A stretch of 56,688 nucleotides of DNA from an uncultured Anaerolineae bacterium (GTDB lineage: Bacteria; Chloroflexota; Anaerolineae; Aggregatilineales; J027). Location of the stretch: NCBI GenBank assembly GCA_964557285.1, contig CAZKZS010000002.1, positions 1-56,688 on the forward strand, in the 5' to 3' direction. The translations under genes were made by a program, and so were the position numbers. Every line of letters starts with the position of its first letter. Within the stretch, counting starts at the first letter, position 1. The notes under the pieces are model-generated. The model worked only from the letters and a program-made list of their open reading frames with translations, did not search any database and had not been told where the DNA came from. Shown here in pieces: positions 33,953 through 41,411 of the stretch.

Positions 33953-33988
33953 TTTACTCATTCTACCCATTGTAGTAGAATGAGTAAA
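33953..33988 (+). promoter_or_regulatory. Promoter overlapped by a 14-bp perfect inverted repeat, upstream of the ParB-like gene
   Basis: TTTACTCATTCTAC (33953-66) and GTAGAATGAGTAAA (33975-88), with an 8-nt spacer. The arms contain -35 TTTACT and -10 TAGAAT, 17 nt apart. Confidence 0.65.
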
Positions 33989-34013
33989 ACGACACACCAG
34001 AAAGAGGAACCGT

Positions 34014-34976
34014 ATGGCGTACACATCAACCGTTGAACTGGTACCTGTCGAACACATCGTGCGCGGCGACAACGACCGGGAGGACTTTAACCCGACCGGC
34101 CTGCTGGAACTGGCAGACAGCATCCGGGCGAACGGCCTGGCGCAGAAGCCGGTCTACCGCAAACGGGCGGACGGCATGTATGAAATCGTCGCCGGCGAGC
34201 GGCGGACGCGGGCCATGCGGGACCTCCTGGGCTGGCGTCATATCCCGGCGGAAGTGTCTGAGGACATGGATGACCGCACCGCCAGCGCGATTATGCTGTC
34301 CGAAAACCGGGGCCGTCGCAACCTGAACCCCATTGAGGAGGCACGCGGCTACGCGAAGCGCCTTGACAGTGGGATGTGGGACCTGAAAACGCTGAGCGTT
34401 GACGCGGCGTGCAGCGAGGAGTTGATTAAACGCCGTCTGAAACTGCTGAAGCTGCGAGCGGAGTTGCAGCACCTGGTCAAAAGCGGCAGCCTGCCGCTCG
34501 GCCATGCCGAGGCGCTGGCGGACCTGGACCTCAATCGCCAGCTCCTGGCGTTCCAGGTCTACCGCGACCGGGGGCTGCCCCTGAACGCTTTCCAGGAGGT
34601 GGTGAACCGCTACCTGGCGGATCAGCAGCAGGACAGCCTGTTTGATCTGACCCGGCTGACGCTGGCGGTGCAGGACTACCCGGAGGGGGTGGAGGCCCGC
34701 AGCGGCAAACGTGCGCGGCTGTCGGCTCCCACCAGCCGCACCACCGGGGTGCAGCTGCCGCCCGTTGAAATCCAGGGAGCCAACGAAAACACGGGCGAGA
34801 TTGTGGAACGGTATCTCGCCGCTCTGCTGAGAGAAGGACACCAGGAGGCGGCCGTCGCGGTGGGCAATCTGTACGCCGCGCTGGTCGCCCACAATTATAT
34901 GAGCGCCAGTCCCCGCGCTTACCTCTCACGAGAGGACAGCCAGCGGGCGGGGGAAATCGCTCACGTTACACGATGA
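34014..34976 (+). CDS. ParB/Spo0J-like N-terminal domain protein
   Basis: ELADSIRANGLAQKPVYR, EIVAGERRTRA (GERR box) and ENRGRRNLNPIEEARGY. 320 aa. Confidence 0.8.
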   Translation: MAYTSTVELVPVEHIVRGDNDREDFNPTGLLELADSIRANGLAQKPVYRKRADGMYEIVAGERRTRAMRDLLGWRHIPAEVSEDMDDRTASAIMLSENRGRRNLNPIEEARGYAKRLDSGMWDLKTLSVDAACSEELIKRRLKLLKLRAELQHLVKSGSLPLGHAEALADLDLNRQLLAFQVYRDRGLPLNAFQEVVNRYLADQQQDSLFDLTRLTLAVQDYPEGVEARSGKRARLSAPTSRTTGVQLPPVEIQGANENTGEIVERYLAALLREGHQEAAVAVGNLYAALVAHNYMSASPRAYLSREDSQRAGEIAHVTR

Positions 34977-34986
34977 CTGAGTGCAA

Positions 34987-35038
34987 CTTAGCACATATTC
35001 ATCTTCCAATTAGGCAATTTGTGCTAAAGTGTTAGCAC
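34987..35038 (+). promoter_or_regulatory. TTAGCAC / GTGCTAA repeat cluster upstream of the DUF488 gene
   Basis: TTAGCAC at 34987-93. GTGCTAA-AGTG-TTAGCAC at 35021-38, containing TAAAGT (-10-like). Confidence 0.35.
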
Positions 35039-35057
35039 CGCTTGGAGAGCGTAAGGT

Positions 35058-35492
35058 ATGTGTCAGACAATTGTCAGCCTGGGATACACCGGGCTAAAAA
35101 TCGGTTCGCTCACCCGGCTCGCGCTGAGCCGGGACCTGCTGGTGGTGGATGTCCGGCTCAGTCCGCGTAGCCGCGTGCCGGTCTGGTCTCAAAACAACCT
35201 GGCCGGGGTGCTGGGCAAGCGTTACGTCCATCTCCCGGAATTAGGCAACCTGAATTTCAAGGGCGGGCCGATTCAGATCAAGGACCTGAAAGCAGGGGTA
35301 CGGAAGCTGCGAGCCGCCCTGGAGGGGCACCGAGGCGCCATCCTGCTGTGTGTCTGCGAGCAGCACGCCACCTGTCACCGCCGGGTCGTTTTTGAGACTC
35401 TGGAAACAACAGGCGAGTTCGAGATGCAAATACTCACTGGGTCCGATTTAGCTGCCGAGGAGAACGGAAATGTTCAGCTATCACTTCTTTGA
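35058..35492 (+). CDS. DUF488 family protein
   Basis: VVDVRLSPRSR...YVHLPELGN...ILLCVCEQHATCHRRVV is the typical DUF488 pattern. 144 aa. Confidence 0.65.
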   Translation: MCQTIVSLGYTGLKIGSLTRLALSRDLLVVDVRLSPRSRVPVWSQNNLAGVLGKRYVHLPELGNLNFKGGPIQIKDLKAGVRKLRAALEGHRGAILLCVCEQHATCHRRVVFETLETTGEFEMQILTGSDLAAEENGNVQLSLL

Positions 35493-35502
35493 GGAGCAGC
35501 TA

Positions 35503-36075
35503 ATGGCCGATGAGGGGGTCTACTATGATAAGGTGGCCGCCGCTGAATTTCTGGGCTACAAAAGCCCGGAAACGATCCGGCACCACCTGTACAAAAGCTC
35601 AGAATTTCCACCGGGCCGCATGATTAACGGGAAACGGGTCTGGACCCGCGAGGAACTGGAGGCATTTAAGGCGAAAAATATCACCCCTGGCGGCTATAAT
35701 CCGCCAGCGCCTCCAATTTCACCGCGCGTCTTCGTTGCAGAAGGGTATGTCCATAGAATACAACGCGGGGAGGTCATCGTCCAGCATCGCCGGAAGGTGG
35801 TCACGGACGTGGTGCCCCATCCCGACCCGAAAGGCAGGGCCGCCTTTTTGCTGACCTACGAGGATGGGGACACCAAGGTGATCCAGCCGAATGTGCGCCT
35901 GTATGTGTTTCGGCCCAGCGAGGTGGATCGAATGGCGGATGCGCTGAAGGCAGCCGGGTATCCGCTGCGACGACGACCAGAAGGGGAGTGGTTTATCAAC
36001 CGGGACGGCGAGATGGTGGTCTACGGCAGCGACTATGAAGAGGCGGTTCGCACCGCCTACAAGGAGACATTCTGA
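35503..36075 (+). CDS. HTH (excisionase/MerR-like) DNA-binding protein with C-terminal domain
   Basis: ATG at 35503 after GAGGAG. YYDKVAAAEFLGYKSPETIRHHLYK...RVWTREELEAF. 190 aa. Confidence 0.5.
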   Translation: MADEGVYYDKVAAAEFLGYKSPETIRHHLYKSSEFPPGRMINGKRVWTREELEAFKAKNITPGGYNPPAPPISPRVFVAEGYVHRIQRGEVIVQHRRKVVTDVVPHPDPKGRAAFLLTYEDGDTKVIQPNVRLYVFRPSEVDRMADALKAAGYPLRRRPEGEWFINRDGEMVVYGSDYEEAVRTAYKETF

Positions 36076-36110
36076 CCGGCTCTCCAGGCGGTGTTCTTCT
36101 CGGCAGTCCT

Positions 36111-36147
36111 GAGGAGAGGAGCTGTAAACCCCTCTCCTCTTTTTTTC
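36111..36147 (+). terminator. Rho-independent terminator
   Basis: GAGGAGAGG ... CCTCTCCTC (9-bp stem) followed by T8. Confidence 0.75.
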
Positions 36148-36150
36148 ACC

Positions 36151-36179
36151 TTTACACAGACTACACAGTAGGGTAACAT
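36151..36179 (+). promoter_or_regulatory. Promoter P7 with degenerate operator TACAC-AGTA-GGGTA
   Basis: -35 TTTACA, 17-nt spacer, -10 TAACAT. One mismatch in the right arm. Confidence 0.55.
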
Positions 36180-36214
36180 GAAAATTACGGGGGCGTGCGG
36201 CCCCCTCAGGTGAT

Positions 36215-36227
36215 CCGAACCATTCGG
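36215..36227. repeat. Palindrome copy with one mismatch, CCGAACCATTCGG, plus flank (CAGGTGATCCGAACCATTCGGA)
   Basis: Located in the ~200-nt leader downstream of P7. Confidence 0.75.
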
Positions 36228-36385
36228 AAGCCCGCATCAGCACAAGGCAGGTTATCCGGGTGGGGAGTGTGAGTCAGGATTCGCTCTAAAATGACGCTGC
36301 TGCCCGAAAGAGGCGGCGAGAACGGCGTTTTGACAGCCTGGCTGATCAAAATCACCTTGGGTTCGACAAAGGAGAAAATAACGCC

Positions 36386-36892
36386 ATGTCGATTAAAGTG
36401 TTTCCTTTCGTGCTGGTCGCGGCAGCGATGGGGGTGCTGGCGGCGCTGGTCGCAGCCCGCAGCGGAGCGGCGGTCATCGCTCAGGCGGGCGAGACGCCGG
36501 AATACCGGACGGCCTGTGAAGCCTACTGGGCGGCGCAGGGCGAACCGGAGGTGATTTGCGGGCGGGACTGGAATCAGTGGTATGTCACCACACCGGTACA
36601 GCACCCGGTACAGCAGGTTACCGCTGCGCCAACGGCGGTGCTGCCCGTCGGGATTACCACGATGGTCGTTGACCTGCGAGACGAATGCCGGGACGACGCG
36701 CCAATCAAGCGCACCGTCCGGGCACGAACGACCTTCACCCTGGTCGGCGTGCGGCTGAATGGGCAGTGGTTGATGGTGATCGACCAGGACGGCCAGATCG
36801 CGTGCCTGAAGGAGTGGATGTGGCTTGCAAACGGCGCCCGCTTTACGAACTTCACGATTTTAAGCGGGTTTGTGACTGACCTGGATGAATAA
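36386..36892 (+). CDS. Membrane-anchored/secreted protein with SH3-like C-terminal region
   Basis: N-terminal hydrophobic segment FPFVLVAAAMGVLAALVAA. RBS AAGGAG. 168 aa. Confidence 0.55.
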   Translation: MSIKVFPFVLVAAAMGVLAALVAARSGAAVIAQAGETPEYRTACEAYWAAQGEPEVICGRDWNQWYVTTPVQHPVQQVTAAPTAVLPVGITTMVVDLRDECRDDAPIKRTVRARTTFTLVGVRLNGQWLMVIDQDGQIACLKEWMWLANGARFTNFTILSGFVTDLDE

Positions 36893-36918
36893 TTCACAAA
36901 ACATTCAGGTGTTTCTAG

Positions 36919-36947
36919 CGATCTTCATACTACACTATCGTGTAGGA
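36919..36947 (+). promoter_or_regulatory. Promoter P8 with operator CTACAC-TATC-GTGTAG (weak -35)
   Basis: Perfect 6-4-6 palindrome at 36929-36944, overlapping -10 TAGGAT (36942-47). Confidence 0.55.
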
Positions 36948-37029
36948 TGAGATTGTACTCCTATAACTGAGGAGCCGGCAAAGCTGCCTCCCCAGGTTAA
37001 CGGACTGAGGTCTAGGGGGCGCCTCACTA

Positions 37030-37086
37030 TTGCATTTTCGTTACCATGTGTTACAATCACCTCACTGTATTTTTTGATATGGTAAC
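37030..37086 (+). promoter_or_regulatory. Promoter plus inverted/direct repeats upstream of the RHH-like gene
   Basis: -35 TTGCAT, 16-nt spacer, -10 TACAAT (37052-57). IR GTTACCAT (37040-47) / ATGGTAAC (37079-86). Direct repeat CCTCACT x2. Confidence 0.55.
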
Positions 37087-37097
37087 GGAGATAGACG

Positions 37098-37316
37098 ATG
37101 CCGAACGTTGCTCAGAGCAAAGTGGTGAGGATAGAGGAGGAATGGCATGAAACGATCAACCGGCTCGCCGAGGCCAGCGGGTTGAGCGTCCAGCTGGTCC
37201 ACTCGCTCCTGCTTGAAAACCTGCTCGGAAAAGACAAGGACGCCCGAATCTCGAAAGGGATCGAGGTGATCCGCCAGCAGTTTCCAGTCCATTTAGACCC
37301 TCATATAGGAGGATAG
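37098..37316 (+). CDS. Ribbon-helix-helix-like small regulator (tentative)
   Basis: 72 aa. KVVRIEEEWHETINRLAEASGLSVQLVHSLL has a beta-strand + helix-helix pattern. Confidence 0.4.
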   Translation: MPNVAQSKVVRIEEEWHETINRLAEASGLSVQLVHSLLLENLLGKDKDARISKGIEVIRQQFPVHLDPHIGG

Positions 37317-37317
37317 G

Positions 37318-38016
37318 ATGTACAAAGCACGCCCGCTAGCACACAACGGGAAAGTGGCGGTTGAATTGGAATCCGGTGTTTTGCTGCCGGATGGCACGCT
37401 CGCAGACGCCCTGCCGGACGCGGAGGAAGCCGCCCCGGAGGCCCTGACCCCGGAAAACTTCACCTTCCCCGAAGCCCGCGACAAAACCCGCTTTGAATCC
37501 CTCGTGGATCGCGCCAGCCAGATTTACCACACGCACAGCACCCTTCAGAAAGACATCGCTGCTATTGAAGCCCGTATCGCGGAGGAGCAGAAAAGCCTCG
37601 CCGAGCGGATTCGGGCGGAACACGCGCAGGTCTACCGCGCCGCGCAGATTTATGCGGCCATATGGCAGGCTTACGACCAGCATCTCCGCACCGAAGGGCT
37701 GGCGTGGTATCTGACCGGCAATGCCCCGGTCAAGAACAAGACGCTTGGCCCGGTGCAGATCGCCAGCCGCCAGGTGTGCGCGGTGTATGACGAAGGCGCA
37801 GCGCTGGAATGGTGTCTGACCCCCCTGGAGGACGGCACCCTGCAAGGCCGCGCATTCTTGATGGTCAATGCCCGTGTGTTCCAGAGCGCGGTTAAGGACG
37901 GCCAGATCGAAGTCCCGGAACTCATCTGCCAATGGATGAATATCCTCAGCACGCGCATCCTTCCGAACGCCCTTGAGGCGGCGGGAGGGTTCAGCGAAGC
38001 GTCCGGCCCAGCTTAG
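37318..38016 (+). CDS. Hypothetical coiled-coil protein (possibly Gam/Gp157-like)
   Basis: 232 aa, upstream of the replication initiator. Weak resemblance only. Confidence 0.3.
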   Translation: MYKARPLAHNGKVAVELESGVLLPDGTLADALPDAEEAAPEALTPENFTFPEARDKTRFESLVDRASQIYHTHSTLQKDIAAIEARIAEEQKSLAERIRAEHAQVYRAAQIYAAIWQAYDQHLRTEGLAWYLTGNAPVKNKTLGPVQIASRQVCAVYDEGAALEWCLTPLEDGTLQGRAFLMVNARVFQSAVKDGQIEVPELICQWMNILSTRILPNALEAAGGFSEASGPA

Positions 38017-38090
38017 TCTTTTACGCGCCGCTCATCCTACCCCATCGGCGAGGTTGACTGGTGGGGTCGGCTGCGGCATTGGAGGAACTC

Positions 38091-39005
38091 ATGTCCCATG
38101 CACTTCACTGGCGATTCCGTGCCAAAGCGCTCCGGGAAATGCGGTTTGAAGGCCGCCTGGCGATGCTGGTCGCTCTGCTGTCGCACAGCAACCTCCGGCT
38201 GCGCTGTTGGCCGTCAATGCAAACCCTGAGCGAGGAAACAGGGTACAGAAGCGAGGCGCTGAACAAAGCCAAGAAATGGCTGCTCAGCGTCGGCGCGATG
38301 TATGTGGTCCCCTACCGATACCGGGTCGGCAAAGAGCGGGAACTGCCCCGCACACAGCACGTCTACCAGCTGACCGGCGTGATGAAAATCGGTGACCAAT
38401 GGCAGCCCTATCTCTACGTATCCCCGGAGACGGTTCGGGGGATCATTGACGAAATAAAGCAGTTTGTTGTTTTTTCGGAGATCGAAATTTCGACTATCGA
38501 AAATTCGATCAGCGAAATTTCGACCAGCGAAACAGAAGATTCTTTAAAAGAGAAAAAAGGTAGTACCAAGAAAAAAGGTAGTACCAAGAAAAAGACTTCT
38601 CCGTCTCCAGCGCCGGAGGCAGAGCGCAAGCGCAACCTGATTTTCGACGAGGTAGCCCGCCTGCTGTTCCGACTTCAGGAGACAGCCCAACTGGACAAAA
38701 GTATTGCCGGGCGGATCGGCAAAATCACCGCCGCGCTGCGGGCCGAGTACGGCGTGACCGCCCCCCACGACGCTCAACAGGCCGCGCCGGCCGTGGACGC
38801 GCTGCGGAAGTTCGCGGCCTGGTACGACCGGGAGGCGAAAGGCGCCGCCCGCCCGCGTGACCTGACCAAGTTCAAAGAATGGTGGGCCAGTTGGAAGCAG
38901 GCGAACGCGCCGGGTGCACAGGAAGAAACCCCCATCCAATCGGTGGACGGCGACGCCATTCTGCGGCGGCTGGGCATTCGCCCGGCAGGAGGAAGCACGG
39001 CATGA
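38091..39005 (+). CDS. Replication initiator-like winged-helix protein (DnaD/O-like) containing the putative origin
   Basis: ATG at 38091 after GGAGGA. CWPSMQTLSEETGYRSEALNKAKKWL HTH. Followed by the DnaC-like loader with an ATGA overlap. Confidence 0.55.
   Translation: MSHALHWRFRAKALREMRFEGRLAMLVALLSHSNLRLRCWPSMQTLSEETGYRSEALNKAKKWLLSVGAMYVVPYRYRVGKERELPRTQHVYQLTGVMKIGDQWQPYLYVSPETVRGIIDEIKQFVVFSEIEISTIENSISEISTSETEDSLKEKKGSTKKKGSTKKKTSPSPAPEAERKRNLIFDEVARLLFRLQETAQLDKSIAGRIGKITAALRAEYGVTAPHDAQQAAPAVDALRKFAAWYDREAKGAARPRDLTKFKEWWASWKQANAPGAQEETPIQSVDGDAILRRLGIRPAGGSTA
38482..38588. repeat. Iteron cluster plus A-rich direct repeats (candidate origin of replication)
   Basis: TCGAAATTTCGA (38482), TCGAAAATTCGA (38497), GCGAAATTTCGA (38512) and GCGAAAC (38528), with a 15-nt period. 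Then AAAAAAGGTAGTACCAAG x2 (38553-38588). The stretch is locally AT-rich. Confidence 0.6.
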
Positions 39006-39859
39006 CGGAGAGTGTCACCAAGACCAAAGTGCCGCCGACTCATCGCTGGGATTACCCGGAAAAGCCGGCGTGGGCGGTCTGCGACGCCTGTTATGACGCC
39101 GGGTACATTCTGGTGTCGCCCAATGTCCAGCTGGGTCATCCCCTCTACGGTTATGAGGAGCGGCGGGTGTGTCCCGCGCTCTGCCCGAAAGGGCTGTCTT
39201 ACGCCGAGGAGCGCTGGAAGCTGCTGATTCCCCCCGGCTACCAGGGGTTCAGCTTTGAAACCTGGAGCGATCAGCTGGCTGCTGAGGAGAAAAACGGCAA
39301 ATGGCTGGGGTTTGTCGCCTGTGTCCGCTGGTCGCAGGCCGCCGATTTTTACACCTGGTCGCACGACCTGTTGAAGGAGGCCGCGCTGCCTTACAAGAAC
39401 CGGGCGAACTTCTACAAAAACAGCCTGGTGTTGACCGGGCGAGTGGGGACGGGGAAAACCGGGTTGATGGTCGCGGCGGCTCGCCGCCTGCTCGTGCGCG
39501 GGACGCATTTTGTGTATATCCGGCTGGACGACCTGATTGAATCGGTGCAGGCGACCTACCGCAAGGACTCCGGGCAGCCTACCGACGCGGCGCTGGCCCC
39601 TTATAAAGGGGTGCGGGTGCTGCTGCTGGATGAGGTCACTGAGAACACCAGCCGCGACAGGATTGAGATTCTGGAAGGGATCATCCGCTGGCGCTACATG
39701 AGCCGGCGGCCCTTCGTGATCACGACCAATCTCTCTCAAAGTCTGTTCCGCGAGGCATGGGGCGAGCGCATCGCCGATGTGGTCGATGCTCAGGCCCATT
39801 GGGTGGAGGTGCTGGGGAAAAACCTGCGGCCGATTGATCGCCCGCTGGGAGGGGCGTAA
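39002..39859 (+). CDS. DnaC/IstB-like AAA+ helicase loader
   Basis: Walker A GRVGTGKTG, Walker B VLLLDEV and an N-terminal Cys cluster. 285 aa. Confidence 0.8.
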   Translation: MTESVTKTKVPPTHRWDYPEKPAWAVCDACYDAGYILVSPNVQLGHPLYGYEERRVCPALCPKGLSYAEERWKLLIPPGYQGFSFETWSDQLAAEEKNGKWLGFVACVRWSQAADFYTWSHDLLKEAALPYKNRANFYKNSLVLTGRVGTGKTGLMVAAARRLLVRGTHFVYIRLDDLIESVQATYRKDSGQPTDAALAPYKGVRVLLLDEVTENTSRDRIEILEGIIRWRYMSRRPFVITTNLSQSLFREAWGERIADVVDAQAHWVEVLGKNLRPIDRPLGGA

Positions 39860-39862
39860 GCC

Positions 39863-40147
39863 ATGCCGGTGCTGGATTTGCTCTGGAATGAACGGGTGTC
39901 CTCGTACTTTGCAAGCAGCCTGGTCGATGACCTGCTGCTCCGCTGCGCGGTGGAACTCGGCCGGGAGCGGCGGATCAGGCTGCGGAAGCTGTCAGCGCGG
40001 CTGCGGCAGCGCCAGTGGAAGCGGGCGTATGAAGCGGCCATCGCCGCCTACGACGGCGGGCTGAATGATCCCTATATCGACACCCGGCTGGACCTGGTGG
40101 TTGAGTTGGCGCTCGCCCTACACGAGGCCCAGCAGCTGGACGAGTGA
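39863..40147 (+). CDS. Hypothetical protein
   Basis: 94 aa. ATG at 39863. Confidence 0.5.
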   Translation: MPVLDLLWNERVSSYFASSLVDDLLLRCAVELGRERRIRLRKLSARLRQRQWKRAYEAAIAAYDGGLNDPYIDTRLDLVVELALALHEAQQLDE

Positions 40148-40191
40148 TGGTATACTGGGCAGAACGTATGTTCAACAAAAAGGAGGCTCTT

Positions 40192-40635
40192 ATGCCAACG
40201 GAAGGGTACGTTTGGGTTCGCGGATTTGAAGGCGAGTACGAGATCAATGACCTCGGACTCATCCGGGATGTGCGGAGCGGCCAGTGGGTCGCGCCGGCGG
40301 AAAAGCCCGCCACCGCCACCACGCCCGCCCGCCCGTTCGTCCGGCTGTGGACCAGCGACGGCGAGCCGCAGGAAGTGTTTGTGGACGAGATCGTCCCAAA
40401 AGGCGCCCCGGTCCGGCGGCGGCCTGGACCGACCGAGTTCAAAGTTGGCTCCGACGGCGTGGTGACGGTCGAGGAGGAGACGGAACATGACCCGGACCTT
40501 CCTCAGAACTACGAGTCGCTGACCGTTGAGCTGCTGCGGCAGATCGCCGATGCCCGTCACATCACCCTGCCGGCGAAAATCAACAAGGCGGACCTGGTGC
40601 AGATGCTCCGCGACTACGACGCCGAAGCCCGCTGA
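40192..40635 (+). CDS. NUMOD4-motif protein with C-terminal SAP/Rho-N-like helix pair
   Basis: AGGAGG RBS. YVWVRGFEGEYEINDLGLIRDVRSG (NUMOD4-like). LTVELLRQIADARHITLPAKINKADLVQMLRDY. No HNH motif seen. Confidence 0.5.
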   Translation: MPTEGYVWVRGFEGEYEINDLGLIRDVRSGQWVAPAEKPATATTPARPFVRLWTSDGEPQEVFVDEIVPKGAPVRRRPGPTEFKVGSDGVVTVEEETEHDPDLPQNYESLTVELLRQIADARHITLPAKINKADLVQMLRDYDAEAR

Positions 40636-40637
40636 TT

Positions 40638-40650
40638 CCGAACGGTTCGG
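40638..40650. repeat. Palindrome copy CCGAACGGTTCGG with flank (TCCGAACGGTTCGGATTACCTGGGGG)
   Basis: Exact core in the convergent gap between 40635 and 40683, next to the GGGGGC/GCCCCC hairpin. Confidence 0.9.
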
Positions 40651-40682
40651 ATTACCTGGGGGGGCAGCTTTGCCGCCCCCTG

Positions 40683-41237
40683 TCACTCTTTGGGAAGTTG
40701 CTTTTGCAGCGCTTCGATGGTGGCCTCGGCCCGGCCCAGGTCTTTCATCAGGCGCTGTATTTGTTCCTGGAGGTTCTGTTCCTGCCCTTCGGCCCGTTCC
40801 AGCTGCTGGCGGATGACCGCCAGCGTGGCACGGGTTTCGATGAGATCGTGTTCAGCCTGGCGCAGCCGCGCATTTTCCTCGTTGAGGTCGGCCACCTTGC
40901 GGTTCAGCAGGTCGATCTGGGCGGTCAGCTGGCGTTCCACATCGGCAGCCAGCATGACGGTCATTTCTTCGGGGGTTTCGGCGGGCGCCTGGCCGCGCTG
41001 ACCGCGCTCCAGCGCTTGCGCGATTTCCTCATACGTCAGCCCGGCAGCTTTTGAGGTCGCCACCAGGTCAAACACCGTCATGTCGTCGACGGTGAAAAAG
41101 CGGGTGCGGCTGCGCCCCGGATTGGCGCTTGGCGAGAGGTAGCGTTCAAAGGTTTCGGCCCAGTTGATGATCGTCTGGCGGGCCACGCCGAAGCGCCCGG
41201 AAGCCTGTTCTGTGGTGTAGCGGAGTTCGGTCGTCAT
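40683..41237 (-). CDS. MerR-type HTH protein with long C-terminal coiled coil
   Basis: YTTEQASGRFGVARQTIINWAETFERYL...RFFTVDDMTVF, then heptad-rich ~90 aa. 184 aa. Confidence 0.65.
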   Translation of the reverse strand: MTTELRYTTEQASGRFGVARQTIINWAETFERYLSPSANPGRSRTRFFTVDDMTVFDLVATSKAAGLTYEEIAQALERGQRGQAPAETPEEMTVMLAADVERQLTAQIDLLNRKVADLNEENARLRQAEHDLIETRATLAVIRQQLERAEGQEQNLQEQIQRLMKDLGRAEATIEALQKQLPKE

Positions 41238-41297
41238 AGGCCAATCTTATCCACTTTTGTCCAAGTGGCGCTACTTTGCGGCAGATGGAGAAGTGTA

Positions 41298-41402
41298 GAT
41301 CAAGATGGAACTTCATCGTGTGACTTGGATCAAGATTTACAGAGTTGTAAGTTTTAGCAAAAGCGCCTATACTGAGGGCTAAATTTTGTAAGTTCTTGTA
41401 AG
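41298..41402 (+). promoter_or_regulatory. Promoter and short direct repeats upstream of the ParM-like gene (parC-like candidate)
   Basis: GATCAAGAT x2 (41298, 41328). TTGTAAG x3 (41345, 41386, 41396). TTGTAA-17 nt-TATACT (41345-41373). Confidence 0.55.
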
Positions 41403-41411
41403 AGGTTAGCG

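Noticed and set aside
36291-36554. 87-aa ORF in the P7 leader
   Set aside because: It overlaps the well-supported 36386..36892 gene in another frame, its C-terminal half is an Arg-rich shadow translation, and it has no RBS.
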